A stretch of 64,000 bases of DNA from IMG/VR virus record IMGVR_UViG_3300006923_000018, positions 12,281-76,280 of that record; one strand, 5' to 3'. Position 1 is the first letter of the stretch, and every line of letters begins with the position of its first letter. The notes under the pieces are model-generated. The model was given only the letters and a program-made list of their open reading frames with translations, had not been told where the DNA came from and searched no databases. Position numbers and translations under genes: made by a program. Origin of the DNA: a virus. This document shows positions 1 through 9,980 of this stretch, one piece after another.

Positions 1-53
1 GGTTTCGAACTGCGGCTTCTATCTGGTAGATGAAGCGAAACTCTAGGGGGATT

Positions 54-332
54 TCATTCGGATCTGACATCTTCAGCCCCCCATAGGTTCTCAGCGACGT
101 CATCTTCTTCAGTTTCAGTACAGACCTCGACGCACTCCCAGTGGGGTATACGTGGCACTCCTGTTACGCTGGTGTGTGTCCACTCCCAATAGTAAATCCG
201 TACCATCTTATTGTTGAGCCTGGTTGTAAGCTTTACTGTGGTGCCAGTCTCATGTGGGTTGATGTGAATGGCTCTAATATCGGTTATATCTGTATACTTC
301 TTGAGCATCTCAAAGAGTATATGTAGTAGCAT
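54..332 (-). CDS. Hypothetical protein (early-type, minus strand)
   Basis: 92 aa ORF preceded on the minus strand by ACACAACCACAGGAG (CAA-rich leader + SD). Confidence 0.6.
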   Translation of the reverse strand: MLLHILFEMLKKYTDITDIRAIHINPHETGTTVKLTTRLNNKMVRIYYWEWTHTSVTGVPRIPHWECVEVCTETEEDDVAENLWGAEDVRSE

Positions 333-511
333 TAGTTCTCCTGTGGTTGTGTTTTAAACGATGCGTAGGAGAGGTCGCTTCCATCAGCTTCCCTCACGAT
401 GCCTACGCTCACCGGCATGATTTTGGGCCCTCCACAATGGAACTGCACGCTCCGGCTGACTGAGGGGTACGGCCTTCATGCGAGGTTGCAGGATAGTCAG
501 CCGTCATGAGA

Positions 512-724
512 TTAAAGGCCCTCCTCGGGCTCGTAGGCGTTTGGGTCGAGGGGTACGGGCTCTAGACCCTTCGAAGTGCGGTGGATGCGGTTCCAGGCCC
601 CGTGGCACCCTCTACAGATCGGCTCGCGTTGGCCGTCTACTCGGATCGATGGAACGCGGTCTGGATTGAATGCGATAGGTCGCTGACAACCGGCGCATTC
701 ACCGAATGCGATGATGTGGGGCAT
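512..724 (-). CDS. Small putative zinc-binding protein
   Basis: 70 aa with CAGC and CRGC pairs; AGGAG SD upstream on the minus strand. Confidence 0.65.
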   Translation of the reverse strand: MPHIIAFGECAGCQRPIAFNPDRVPSIRVDGQREPICRGCHGAWNRIHRTSKGLEPVPLDPNAYEPEEGL

Positions 725-802
725 TGTCTATCTCCTGCTGTGTGATAGAGTGTTACACAGTATATATACGTATTCGGTTACGAATTGACGACAGGGGGTG
801 AT

Positions 803-1417
803 ATGGGTGGTTACGAGGTGGTTTACTGTGATCCGCCCTGGTCGTACACACACAATACCTACTCGGCTCGCGACAATGATGGTATCAAGTCCATAAGCTT
901 GAGTCATGTTACAGATAAGTATCCAACGCTCAGCTTGGTTGAGATGATGTGTTGGGATTTGGAATCTATTTTAGCTGATGATGCTTTGATATTTATGTGG
1001 GCCACTGGTCCTGTATTGGAGGAGTCCTTTCCTCTCATGAATTCGTGGGGCTTTTCGTTTATGACGGTTGGGTTTGTCTGGGAAAAGGTAAAGGTGAACC
1101 CTGGCTATTACACAATGAGCAGTTGCGAATACGTGTTAATTGGAAAGCGTGGCACCATTCCTCAGCCGAGGGGGAGCAGGTCTGTTAGACAGTTTCATCA
1201 GGAGTTGTCTACACGTCACAGTGCAAAGCCTGATGAGATTCGCGAACGGATCGAAGAGATGTTTCCAACTCAGAAAAGGCTAGAGATGTTTTGCCGAACG
1301 CCAAAAGAGGGTTGGGACATATTCGGAAACGAGGTAGATAGCAGCATAGTCATCCCGAAGCGAAGCCGATTAGAGGTGAAGCGCCTTGGGAGTGTCATGT
1401 GGAGGAAGTGGGCATGA
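803..1417 (+). CDS. MT-A70 family N6-adenine DNA methyltransferase
   Basis: VVYCDPPW catalytic motif, FMWAT, WGF..FVWEK, HSAKP, LEMFCR..GWDIFGNE; ATG at 803 after GGGGG. Confidence 0.92.
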   Translation: MGGYEVVYCDPPWSYTHNTYSARDNDGIKSISLSHVTDKYPTLSLVEMMCWDLESILADDALIFMWATGPVLEESFPLMNSWGFSFMTVGFVWEKVKVNPGYYTMSSCEYVLIGKRGTIPQPRGSRSVRQFHQELSTRHSAKPDEIRERIEEMFPTQKRLEMFCRTPKEGWDIFGNEVDSSIVIPKRSRLEVKRLGSVMWRKWA

Positions 1418-1719
1418 GTGTTGATGATATGCGTAATCGTTTAAAGATAAACCGGAATCCAATTCAGCGTCCTGGTGTAGATCACTGTCTCCGCACGACA
1501 GTTTTTGGTGGTCCTGATGCGTCTCGCGATGTTCGTCTTTATCTTGACAAGGCGAGCTTGAGGCACATGCTGGAGATTGCATCTAAGTCTTCTTTGGAGA
1601 TGGCTGTTATTAATATGGCTGGTCTAGAGATTTCTGTCTACCAGGCTGAATCTGGACATACTTATGAGGTGTGGAAGATTGTGGGATTGGCCCCTAAGCC
1701 GCTAAGTTTTAGTTTTTAG
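1414..1719 (+). CDS. Hypothetical protein
   Basis: ORF overlapping the MTase stop (ATGA) and ending just before terL. Confidence 0.65.
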   Translation: MSVDDMRNRLKINRNPIQRPGVDHCLRTTVFGGPDASRDVRLYLDKASLRHMLEIASKSSLEMAVINMAGLEISVYQAESGHTYEVWKIVGLAPKPLSFSF

Positions 1720-1728
1720 GGGTGATAT

Positions 1729-3378
1729 ATGGATGTTAATAACTATCATTATTTAATGAGTTCTTTAACGACTCAGTTTCCTTTATTTCGTTTAGCTCTT
1801 TCTACTCATCAAAATACTCGCGGCAAGCCTATTTCGTTTGCTGACAAGCCGTATTTGATTGAGCTTTATACTGAGCTTCCCAAGTTGCCCGGTGCTGATA
1901 TCCGTAAGGCAGTTCAGACTGGTTTATCAGAATTGTTTATACAGCTTATTTTAGAGCGTGCAGGCTGGGCGGGTAAAATTACAGCTTACGTCTTGCCTAC
2001 ATTTACAATTAGAGATCGATTTGTCCAGAACCGAGTGAACCCGTTACTGGCTTCTATCCCTGCTTATAAGATGCGAGCTACATCGGACGGCAAGGGAGGT
2101 CAGGGAAACCTTAAGCTGAAGCGTTTTGGCAAGGGCGCGATGATGTTTTTGGGCTCTAATACTGTAGCGGATTTTATTGAATTCTCTGCTGATGTTTTAG
2201 TTATTGACGAGTTTGATCAGTGTGATCCTGAGAATCTAGCTAAGGCTCGCGACCGATTAAGGGCTTCTGAGTACCCGCAGATGTTTCGTTTAGGGAACCC
2301 AACGTTGCCGCGCACGGGGATTAGTCGTCTCTATGAGCAAAGCGATCAGCGGATTTGGATGAGTCGCTGCAACCACTGTAATCATTGGCAGCCGATTGAT
2401 TGGTTTGCTAATATTATTCATCGCAATGATACGGGCGATTGGGCTTTGCGTGACAAAGAGCGGATTGGTTCTAATTTAGATGCTCGACCTATGTGCGTTA
2501 AATGCAATCAGCCTTTTGATCGTGGCGTGAAGCATGGGGCGTGGGTTGCGCGTCGTCCTTCAGTAGATTGGCGAGGCTACACGGTTAGCCGTCTTGATTG
2601 TTTAACTGAAAACTATAAGAATTTATTTATGGAATGGATGAGCGGTCAGGGTCAATCTGAGATGCTGTCTACGTTTTACACATCTGTCTTAGGAATTCCG
2701 TATGAGCATAGTGGGTCACGATTATCAATGGAGGCTTTAAACAACGCATCTGTTGGTGCAGAACTCGATTATGGTGGTGGTGATGCGTATGCTAATGAGG
2801 TGGTCACATTAGGCATTGATGTTGGTGCAGTATTGAACTGTTCGCTAAGTGTGATGCGAAAGCGTGAAGACGGGACTTTATTACGTGATGCTCGCTATAT
2901 TGGGGCAGTGCGGACGTTTCGTGAAGTGTCCGACATAATTCGTCGTTATCATGTTGATTGCTGCATAATCGACTCAATGCCTGAAACGCGCAAGGCTCAA
3001 GAGCTTCGTGATGAGTTTTTGAGTAGTGGATCTTGTCAGGTTTGGCTGTGTAGATTTCATCCGACCCAACGTGTTGGTCAGCAACTTTACGGTCTAAAGA
3101 TGAATTTCAGGGAACGAGTAATTACTGTAGATCGTACACAGGTGTTTGATGCCACATTTGACGATATTAAGCACGGAAGGCGTCGTTTCCCATCTGACAT
3201 TCAAACAGTTTTCGGGTGGTCTGCTCAGATGCGTGCCAGCGTTCGTGTGTTGAATGAGGGGAAGGGGCGTATCATTTGGACAGAAGGCAGGAACCCGGAT
3301 CATTATCGTTTAGCTGGAATTTACGACCGCATTGCGTATGATGTTATGGAATACGGTGGTGGATATTTTGCTGCCTAG
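1729..3378 (+). CDS. terL: Terminase large subunit (lambda GpA-like family)
   Basis: KAVQTGLSE Walker A variant, LVIDEFD Walker B, CNHC/CVKC zinc module, LGIDVG nuclease motif, C-terminal PDHY; upstream of portal. Confidence 0.9.
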   Translation: MDVNNYHYLMSSLTTQFPLFRLALSTHQNTRGKPISFADKPYLIELYTELPKLPGADIRKAVQTGLSELFIQLILERAGWAGKITAYVLPTFTIRDRFVQNRVNPLLASIPAYKMRATSDGKGGQGNLKLKRFGKGAMMFLGSNTVADFIEFSADVLVIDEFDQCDPENLAKARDRLRASEYPQMFRLGNPTLPRTGISRLYEQSDQRIWMSRCNHCNHWQPIDWFANIIHRNDTGDWALRDKERIGSNLDARPMCVKCNQPFDRGVKHGAWVARRPSVDWRGYTVSRLDCLTENYKNLFMEWMSGQGQSEMLSTFYTSVLGIPYEHSGSRLSMEALNNASVGAELDYGGGDAYANEVVTLGIDVGAVLNCSLSVMRKREDGTLLRDARYIGAVRTFREVSDIIRRYHVDCCIIDSMPETRKAQELRDEFLSSGSCQVWLCRFHPTQRVGQQLYGLKMNFRERVITVDRTQVFDATFDDIKHGRRRFPSDIQTVFGWSAQMRASVRVLNEGKGRIIWTEGRNPDHYRLAGIYDRIAYDVMEYGGGYFAA

Positions 3379-3392
3379 AGCGGTCAGCGAAG

Positions 3393-4037
3393 ATGGACGA
3401 GTGGCAAGATTACTGGTTAAGGATGGAGTCCCGTTCTTCAATTTTGGAGAGGGAGTGTCTTCAGAATATTCATCAGCTAGCAGAGTGGGCGGTTGAGAAT
3501 ACTCGCGGGGATGTGGTGACGTGCAGTCCTGGCAATGCGACGAGCGCGTTAGTCATCGGAAATGCAATTCGCGCAAAGTGCCCTAAGTACTGGTTTTATG
3601 ATACCAGGAATAATTTTAATTACTACATTCCTGATTCTGATTATGGCGCTTATGTGTATTCCAAACTGCATAGTTGTGACCCTGACAAGATGGTTGATCT
3701 ATTCAATTCATTAAACTTAGGCTTGCCTATATTCAGTAGTGTCTTGAACAGTTTTAATATGGAGATTGAGATTCCCAAATCAATTTCATTTCTGCATATT
3801 AATGCAAGCCTTAATGTGTTGGTAAAGCGATGTTTAGATCTCTTCTATGATAATGTTGAAGAGGGCGGAATAATCGTTTTAGATGATTTTGGCTGGTGGG
3901 AAGGATCTCGCCGCGCTTTTTACAGTTTTTGTTTTAGTCATGGCGAGTATCCGTTGTTGGAGAGGTGTGGATGTAGCCAAGTGTATTGGATAAAGGGTCG
4001 CACTCATAATCGCATTAGTGGTTATAAAATATTGTAA
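3393..4037 (+). CDS. TylF/MycF-like O-methyltransferase fold, degenerate motifs
   Basis: C-terminal ISFLHI...LFYDNVEEGGIIVLDDFGWWEGSRRA is typical of TylF; N-terminal GDVVTCSPG replaces canonical GDxVExGV. Confidence 0.65.
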   Translation: MDEWQDYWLRMESRSSILERECLQNIHQLAEWAVENTRGDVVTCSPGNATSALVIGNAIRAKCPKYWFYDTRNNFNYYIPDSDYGAYVYSKLHSCDPDKMVDLFNSLNLGLPIFSSVLNSFNMEIEIPKSISFLHINASLNVLVKRCLDLFYDNVEEGGIIVLDDFGWWEGSRRAFYSFCFSHGEYPLLERCGCSQVYWIKGRTHNRISGYKIL

Positions 4038-4072
4038 CCGCTATGATACTCTGAGTGCTGAAGGGGAAAGAG

Positions 4073-6478
4073 ATGGCAAAGGTCATTGGAACGGGTACTA
4101 CATTAGTACAGAAGGAAAGACCTGTAGTTGGCGGATGGCTCTCTGCGCCATCTGTTCGTAAGCGAAAGGGTTTAATTCCAACTTCTTCAATTAGCTCCAC
4201 TACCGAAGTCAGTGTGAATGAAGTTCGCCCTAGCTCTATCCTATCAAATGCAGAGCTATGGTCAGTTTATCGTCGCACCCCAGATGTGCGTGCTGCCGTT
4301 GATTCAATTGTCCGGCGGGTGGCTACATTTGATTGGACGGTAGAGCCAACCGTGGATGCAACAAGCGATTTATATCTACAGGCTCTAGATATTGCTAATC
4401 GTACAAAAAGATTCCTGTCAGCCCCAAATAAGAATGGTGAGACATGGCAGGAGTTAATGACTGCTGCCCTTACAGACTTATTAGTATTTGATGCTGGTGC
4501 TATAGAAGTTGTTTTTGATTCTAAGAAAGAGCTTAAAGAATTAGTTGCTTTACCTGGAACTACAATTCGTCCTGTACTTAACGAACATGGAAGGCTGTTG
4601 AAGTATGTTCAGGATATGGGGGACGGCGGCCTCGGGGGAGCATATCTACGTCAAACCACTAATGGCTCTCCCCCAACCTTCAAGCCTGACGAGCTTGTCA
4701 TGCTGCAAATGTTTACCAATACTCAGTCTGGTGGATACGGTAATCCATTAATCGAATCATTGGTTAATGAAGTTGTGACGTTGCTTCGTGGTTCTGAGCA
4801 CATCATGCTTGCGTATGATGCGGATGAGATTCCTCCTGGGATTTTGGTATTGGCTGGTTTGGCTGGTAATGCTGCTCGTGAGGCTCGTGCAGATCTCCAG
4901 AACATGCGAGGGCAGGACCATAAGATCCGCGTACTGACAACTCCAGATCCGGCTGGTGCTGGTGCTAAGTGGGTTGAGCTAAGGCACACTCCTAAAGATT
5001 TAGAATTCGAGAGCATTATGCAACAGATCCGCCGTACTGTATGGCGCGTGTTTGGTGTAATGCCTGTTGAGATGGGGGCCTCGGACGCCCTGCCTCGCTC
5101 CACTGCACAGATTCAGTTGGACGTGTCCACTTCTCATTTAGTTACTCCTATTCTGGAATTGCTACAAGCAAAGATCAACGCTCGAATTATCCCCTTAGTC
5201 GTTGGCGATGCAGACCTAACAAAGCTCGTCTCATTTAAGTTCGATCGAACAGCCCACCCAACAGCGGAAGATGCTCAGTATTTGTCTCAACGCTATCAGC
5301 GTTTAGTCGGAATTGGCGTAATGACACGGAACGAGGTCAGAAAAGAGATTGGTCTTCTGCCGATTCTGAATGGTGATGTTCCTACTGTAGACACGGCTCA
5401 GGGTCCGGTCCCGCTGGACATCTTGGTTAAAGAGGGTCCAGTTGGCGCATTAACCATTGAAGAGCCTTCAGTAGAAGATGAAATTACATCGAATGTTAGC
5501 CAGCAAGATATTGAGGACATTGGTGACGAGGCTCCTGGCGAAGTGGCATTGTCTAATCGATCGGAGCCATCCTATTTTGGTTATTTGCCAAGTGAATGGC
5601 AACCCGAAGGATTCTTTTCTAAGTATCGGACAATAGAACTAGAGCGCCTTGGCTTTGCAGTTGCTCAGTACGCAAAGTTTGTTCAGCCGTATTGGAGAGA
5701 GGCGCGAGACGAGCTTGTCTCTTCTTTATCTGCTAACTATAAGGATGGAAAAATCTCTGATGAGGCGGCTGCTAATCTCAGGAATGACGTAGGCAGAGCC
5801 GTCGATAAGCTAGCTACAAAGTGGGGCGTGGCGACATACCCGCTTTACCTGGAGGCAGCAAAGATCGCTCATGAATCAGCTTCCAGGTATGTAGATGGAA
5901 CGATTGAGATTGATTACGAGTTACTATCTAAGACATTTAACAATAATGCCATGTTTTACCTGACAAATGCTGAGGGGCTGTTGGGTGTAATGAAAACAAA
6001 AATGGTTATGTTTATTGATGCTTTAGTTGCTGATGGTCCTGTAATACGAACTAATCCAAAAACTCCACAGATTAGTGCTCCTAAAGACGTTGAGCCTGGG
6101 ATGTCGATAGAAGAAATGCTCGAACGCGCAATACATGCGTGGGATTCTCAGGAGAACCGAATTGAAAATTGGTCAGGAAAACTTGTTGAGCTATCAAATA
6201 TTGTAGCTGTATCCAGTTTGTCTTCTGCTGTGCCTTTTACACAAGTTGGCGGCGGCGATGAATGGTATTACGAGTGGGTTGAAGTGGGCGATAACCGCAC
6301 TTGTTCGACATGTAGATCTGAAGGCGCGATGGGATTCCGTGCTCTGAGTCAGATCAAGATTCACCCTGGTGGTGGTACTGTATGCGGCGCACGTTGTCGT
6401 TGTGTGCTTGTTTTCTGGAAAAAGAGCGAGGTAGACTCTGGAGTTGCTGAGATTCTGGGGCCTGCTGAGGATGAGTAG
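4073..6478 (+). CDS. Portal protein fused to MuF/SPP1-gp7-like head morphogenesis domain
   Basis: Portal motifs (GYGNPLIESL, VFGVMPVEMG, GVMTRNEVRKEIGLLP); C-terminal W..VGDNRTCSTC...HP....CGARCRC. Confidence 0.88.
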   Translation: MAKVIGTGTTLVQKERPVVGGWLSAPSVRKRKGLIPTSSISSTTEVSVNEVRPSSILSNAELWSVYRRTPDVRAAVDSIVRRVATFDWTVEPTVDATSDLYLQALDIANRTKRFLSAPNKNGETWQELMTAALTDLLVFDAGAIEVVFDSKKELKELVALPGTTIRPVLNEHGRLLKYVQDMGDGGLGGAYLRQTTNGSPPTFKPDELVMLQMFTNTQSGGYGNPLIESLVNEVVTLLRGSEHIMLAYDADEIPPGILVLAGLAGNAAREARADLQNMRGQDHKIRVLTTPDPAGAGAKWVELRHTPKDLEFESIMQQIRRTVWRVFGVMPVEMGASDALPRSTAQIQLDVSTSHLVTPILELLQAKINARIIPLVVGDADLTKLVSFKFDRTAHPTAEDAQYLSQRYQRLVGIGVMTRNEVRKEIGLLPILNGDVPTVDTAQGPVPLDILVKEGPVGALTIEEPSVEDEITSNVSQQDIEDIGDEAPGEVALSNRSEPSYFGYLPSEWQPEGFFSKYRTIELERLGFAVAQYAKFVQPYWREARDELVSSLSANYKDGKISDEAAANLRNDVGRAVDKLATKWGVATYPLYLEAAKIAHESASRYVDGTIEIDYELLSKTFNNNAMFYLTNAEGLLGVMKTKMVMFIDALVADGPVIRTNPKTPQISAPKDVEPGMSIEEMLERAIHAWDSQENRIENWSGKLVELSNIVAVSSLSSAVPFTQVGGGDEWYYEWVEVGDNRTCSTCRSEGAMGFRALSQIKIHPGGGTVCGARCRCVLVFWKKSEVDSGVAEILGPAEDE

Positions 6479-6611
6479 CGCTCTAATTATTTTAGTGGAA
6501 TTCTTTGGATGTATAAATTATCAATTACAGGTTATTATCTTGACGTATGAAGTATAATTGGGCTACCGTTTAATTGGTAATTCTATTAGATTTCATTTTA
6601 AGGATGACTTC

Positions 6612-8552
6612 ATGAATGAAAAATCTAGTGACGTTGTGTCTGCATTTTCAGATATTAAGAGCATCAAGCCGGAAATTTGCGAATCTTCTGGTAAGCGCTA
6701 TCGTGTAATCAATTGTCGTGAAGAGTTCACTTTGCCTTTGTCTATGAGAAAGTCAACTGTGTTACCTGAAGTAAAAGTTGATGTGGATGCGACGGATGCT
6801 CCTGCTGTGGCGGGTGCTCCAAGTCGTCTTGTTGAGGGTTTGGCTAGTTCTACATCTGTAGACGCTTACGGCACAGAGATGAGTCGTGAGGCGCTTTTCA
6901 AGATGAGAGATCAGTTTGAACGAGGAGTCCCATTACTTCCTCGTCATAATAATGGTCTCAGTGGTTCAGTGGAGTGGGACCAGGTAATTGGTCGTACCAT
7001 CCGTGCTGATGTTGAGCGCTCTAATGTTGCTAGGGCTGCGGAAGGCGGTGATCAACAATATGTATTACGAGTTACTTCATCTCTTTATGATGATGACGAC
7101 ACATCCCGTAAACTGTTAAATCGTTTAGCTGCTGGCCAATCAATTGGTCAATCAATTGGCGGATGGTTTATGCAGGTTCGTGTAATAAGTAATGATGAAG
7201 ATGAGATTGAGCGTGTCATTGTAGATGACGTGGAGTTAGATCATTTGGCAATTACTCGCGCCCCAGCCAACCCTGACTCAAGTGGTCTTTACGCTTTGCT
7301 CAGTAGACTTGATGCTGGAATTAAGAAAGCTGAATCCGATTCAGATAAATCAGATCGCCATATTGTTTCTGTGGCCGACAACAATGAAACTGTTACTGTG
7401 GTATACAAGAAGCTAGATTCTGAAGATAATGATAATGATGAAGAGTACGGCACAAACATGTTGAGCACTGATGACGAATCACTAGAGGTTCGCGAGGTTA
7501 CGAAATTCTCGGACCTACCGCTTGCGCCTGAAAATGATCGGTGGGGATGGAACACTGAGTCTCAGAATGAGATTCTTGGTCCTGATGGGGATAATTGGGA
7601 TACATATAAAAAGGCGCATTTGTGGTTTGATCCCAAAGACGCTGATTCAAAATCTGGTTACAAACTTCCTATTGCCAGGATGTATGGTCCAGAGTTACGA
7701 GTTGTTTTCCGGGCTGTTAGTGCAGCCATGGCAGCGCTAAATGGAGCCCGTGGCGGCGTTGACATCCCTGATGCAGATCGCAAAGGTGTGTATAATCATT
7801 TAGTGCGTTATTATAAAGAGTTTGATAAAGAGCCCCCTGACCTTAAATCAAAAGCTGAGGCGGATGAATTGAGTAAGGTAAACGAATTTGTGGAAAGTTC
7901 TAACTTAGAGGACCAGCCTTCTGTAGAAGAAGTGGTGGATCTCAGTTCTGAAGTTTCCCAACCCGAATCTTGTACTGAAACACAAGATAATCAAGTAGAA
8001 CTGGCTTCGGTTGACGCTCAAAGAAGCGCAATACCGGCCAACCCGGTAATAAACTCACATGAGGTAAATGAAATGACTGATTCTGATTTTAATAAGATTC
8101 AGGAACTTTTGTCAGCATCTGTTGGTGGGTTGGCCGAGCGGGTTAAGGATTTGGAAGCGAAGCTTTCTGCCCCAGCACCCGTTGAGCCTGCTCCAGCACC
8201 AGTTGATGACGGGGTGAATGAGAAACTAGAGCGCCGCTTGGCTCAGGCTGAGTCCATGCTTGCTAAAATTGCGGAAAACCCTGTACGTCGAGGACTTGCT
8301 AACACAGCATCTCTCCGCGCCGGACCTGGTGCAACTAGCGAGCTAGACGGCATGATCACTCGTGCTCGTGAAGGTGGTTCGTGTCCATCGCTTTGCGCTA
8401 TTATGGAACGTCATAAGGATGTTCTTGCTGAAGAAAATGGAGTAAGTAAAGTTACTTCTAGTCAGCTTCGTGATCTTCTTGCTGCTGGCCTTCGTGCTGC
8501 GGCCAATGATGGTCTAATCGGTAACTCTGGCCTAACCGCTAGCTGGGAATAA
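6612..8552 (+). CDS. HK97-type prohead protease with scaffold extension
   Basis: VEGLASSTSVDAYG, SIGG (Ser), LDHLAITRAPANPDS; acidic/coiled-coil C-terminal half; directly upstream of capsid gene. Confidence 0.85.
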   Translation: MNEKSSDVVSAFSDIKSIKPEICESSGKRYRVINCREEFTLPLSMRKSTVLPEVKVDVDATDAPAVAGAPSRLVEGLASSTSVDAYGTEMSREALFKMRDQFERGVPLLPRHNNGLSGSVEWDQVIGRTIRADVERSNVARAAEGGDQQYVLRVTSSLYDDDDTSRKLLNRLAAGQSIGQSIGGWFMQVRVISNDEDEIERVIVDDVELDHLAITRAPANPDSSGLYALLSRLDAGIKKAESDSDKSDRHIVSVADNNETVTVVYKKLDSEDNDNDEEYGTNMLSTDDESLEVREVTKFSDLPLAPENDRWGWNTESQNEILGPDGDNWDTYKKAHLWFDPKDADSKSGYKLPIARMYGPELRVVFRAVSAAMAALNGARGGVDIPDADRKGVYNHLVRYYKEFDKEPPDLKSKAEADELSKVNEFVESSNLEDQPSVEEVVDLSSEVSQPESCTETQDNQVELASVDAQRSAIPANPVINSHEVNEMTDSDFNKIQELLSASVGGLAERVKDLEAKLSAPAPVEPAPAPVDDGVNEKLERRLAQAESMLAKIAENPVRRGLANTASLRAGPGATSELDGMITRAREGGSCPSLCAIMERHKDVLAEENGVSKVTSSQLRDLLAAGLRAAANDGLIGNSGLTASWE

Positions 8553-8563
8553 GGGGCTCTAAA

Positions 8564-9562
8564 ATGACTATGAATCCAAACTGGATGGGCGCATCAGATC
8601 CCCGTCGCCGCGAAGCAATTGAGCGTGCATTGAACGTTACCAATGTTGGTTCTGTATTAATGCAGTCTTACATTAACCGAGTTGTTCAACAGCTTAGCGT
8701 TCGAGAATTTGGCGCATGGGCTACCCTGGACCATCGAACTGGCTCCGGCCTTGCTGCATATATTAACCAGCGCACCCCAGGTGCAGCCGGTGGCGTATGG
8801 GTGGCAGACACGGCGGCAGCTACAGCAGAACAGGGGACGTATGCTCAGGTAACATTCCCGTATAAGACTTTGCTGACGCAAGGTGCTGTTACTCGTAAGG
8901 CTCAGGCTGTTGGCGCATCTTATGGTGACTTGCTTGCAACCTCTATCGCTGGAAAGAGTGAGGACTTTGCCGCTAAGATGGAATCTTCCCTCATCAATGG
9001 TGACACTAATGCAACTCCTGCTGAGATCAATGGTCTTCTAACGCAGATCGATCAGGTAGGTGGACAGGTTATCGCCAATACCAGCGCGGCTGCTGGTGAT
9101 GATCTAACTCTTGCCCAACTTGATGCAGCTATTGACGCTGTTCGAGGCAGCGCTTCACGGTCGGACGTTGTGATTTACGGCTCATTCCTTGGAATGCGTA
9201 AACTCAATGCCGCACTTCAGGCGCAGCAGCAGTTTTCCAATATGACGGAAATTGCGGCTGGCTTCAGAGTTCGTACATACGATGGAATCCCAATGGTTAC
9301 TACCACTGGCATTAACGATGACATGGTTTGGAGCGGAACTGCTATCACGGCTACCACCGGTGCAGGTGCAGGCGTTGAGACGACTGCTCTCATTGTCGTT
9401 AATAAGCGAGACTGCTGGATTGAGGAGCTTACCCCTCTCACCGTCATGCCGCTTGCTAAGACTACGAGCCAAACAGAGTCTTTCGAAATGTTCTGGGACG
9501 GAGCGCTGGTTCTTGGTAATACTAAGGGCGCGTCAATTCTCGGTGGTCTAAGCATCGTTTAG
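8564..9562 (+). CDS. Major capsid protein (HK97 fold)
   Basis: 332 aa after protease; ESSLINGD..EINGLLTQI, YDGIPMV, PLAKT motifs; followed by a terminator. Confidence 0.85.
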   Translation: MTMNPNWMGASDPRRREAIERALNVTNVGSVLMQSYINRVVQQLSVREFGAWATLDHRTGSGLAAYINQRTPGAAGGVWVADTAAATAEQGTYAQVTFPYKTLLTQGAVTRKAQAVGASYGDLLATSIAGKSEDFAAKMESSLINGDTNATPAEINGLLTQIDQVGGQVIANTSAAAGDDLTLAQLDAAIDAVRGSASRSDVVIYGSFLGMRKLNAALQAQQQFSNMTEIAAGFRVRTYDGIPMVTTTGINDDMVWSGTAITATTGAGAGVETTALIVVNKRDCWIEELTPLTVMPLAKTTSQTESFEMFWDGALVLGNTKGASILGGLSIV

Positions 9563-9583
9563 GCTGACAATCTTAAGAACATC

Positions 9584-9627
9584 AGCCCTCGGAGCACTTT
9601 AGGTTGCGCCGGGGGCTTTTTCTTTTT
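9584..9627 (+). terminator. Intrinsic terminator after capsid gene
   Basis: AGCCCTCGGAGCA..TGCGCCGGGGGCT stem followed by TTTTCTTTTT. Confidence 0.8.
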
Positions 9628-9656
9628 ATGATATAGTGCAAAGGGAGGAACGACGT

Positions 9657-9977
9657 ATGCCTGCTGCTTTGACCGAAATTCCAGTTAATTATCGTTTTGT
9701 ATTACGACGGTATGATCGCGCTCCAGAGATCCCCATGATCTTTGCCACTTATGCGGAAACAACGTATAGCCGAAACCTTAATCTAGAAGGCACCCCGGCT
9801 CCTACGATTTTCCTAAAGACTATACCTGCTAAAGAACGTGCGCTAAAGCTTGGATGGGTGGACGTTACTAAGGAGTTCAACCTTGAACACTCGCTACCGG
9901 AAACTGTAGTGGAAACGGTAACGGAAATCGTTGAACCAAAAGTCCGTGCTCGGCGCGGTAGACCTAAGAAAAAATAG
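9657..9977 (+). CDS. Hypothetical head-associated protein
   Basis: GGAGG SD; basic RRGRPKKK tail common in post-capsid genes. Confidence 0.65.
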   Translation: MPAALTEIPVNYRFVLRRYDRAPEIPMIFATYAETTYSRNLNLEGTPAPTIFLKTIPAKERALKLGWVDVTKEFNLEHSLPETVVETVTEIVEPKVRARRGRPKKK

Positions 9978-9980
9978 ACT

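Noticed and set aside
36-50. Third copy of the 47105/62211 element (reverse strand CCCCCTAGAGTTTCG)
   Set aside because: Only a short gapped match, without the T7/A5CCA part
363-408. Hammerhead ribozyme on the minus strand
   Set aside because: CTGATGG does not match the CUGAnGA core and no properly placed GAAA
6540-6559. Sigma70 promoter TTGACG...TATAAT before the protease gene
   Set aside because: The hexamers are only 8 bp apart
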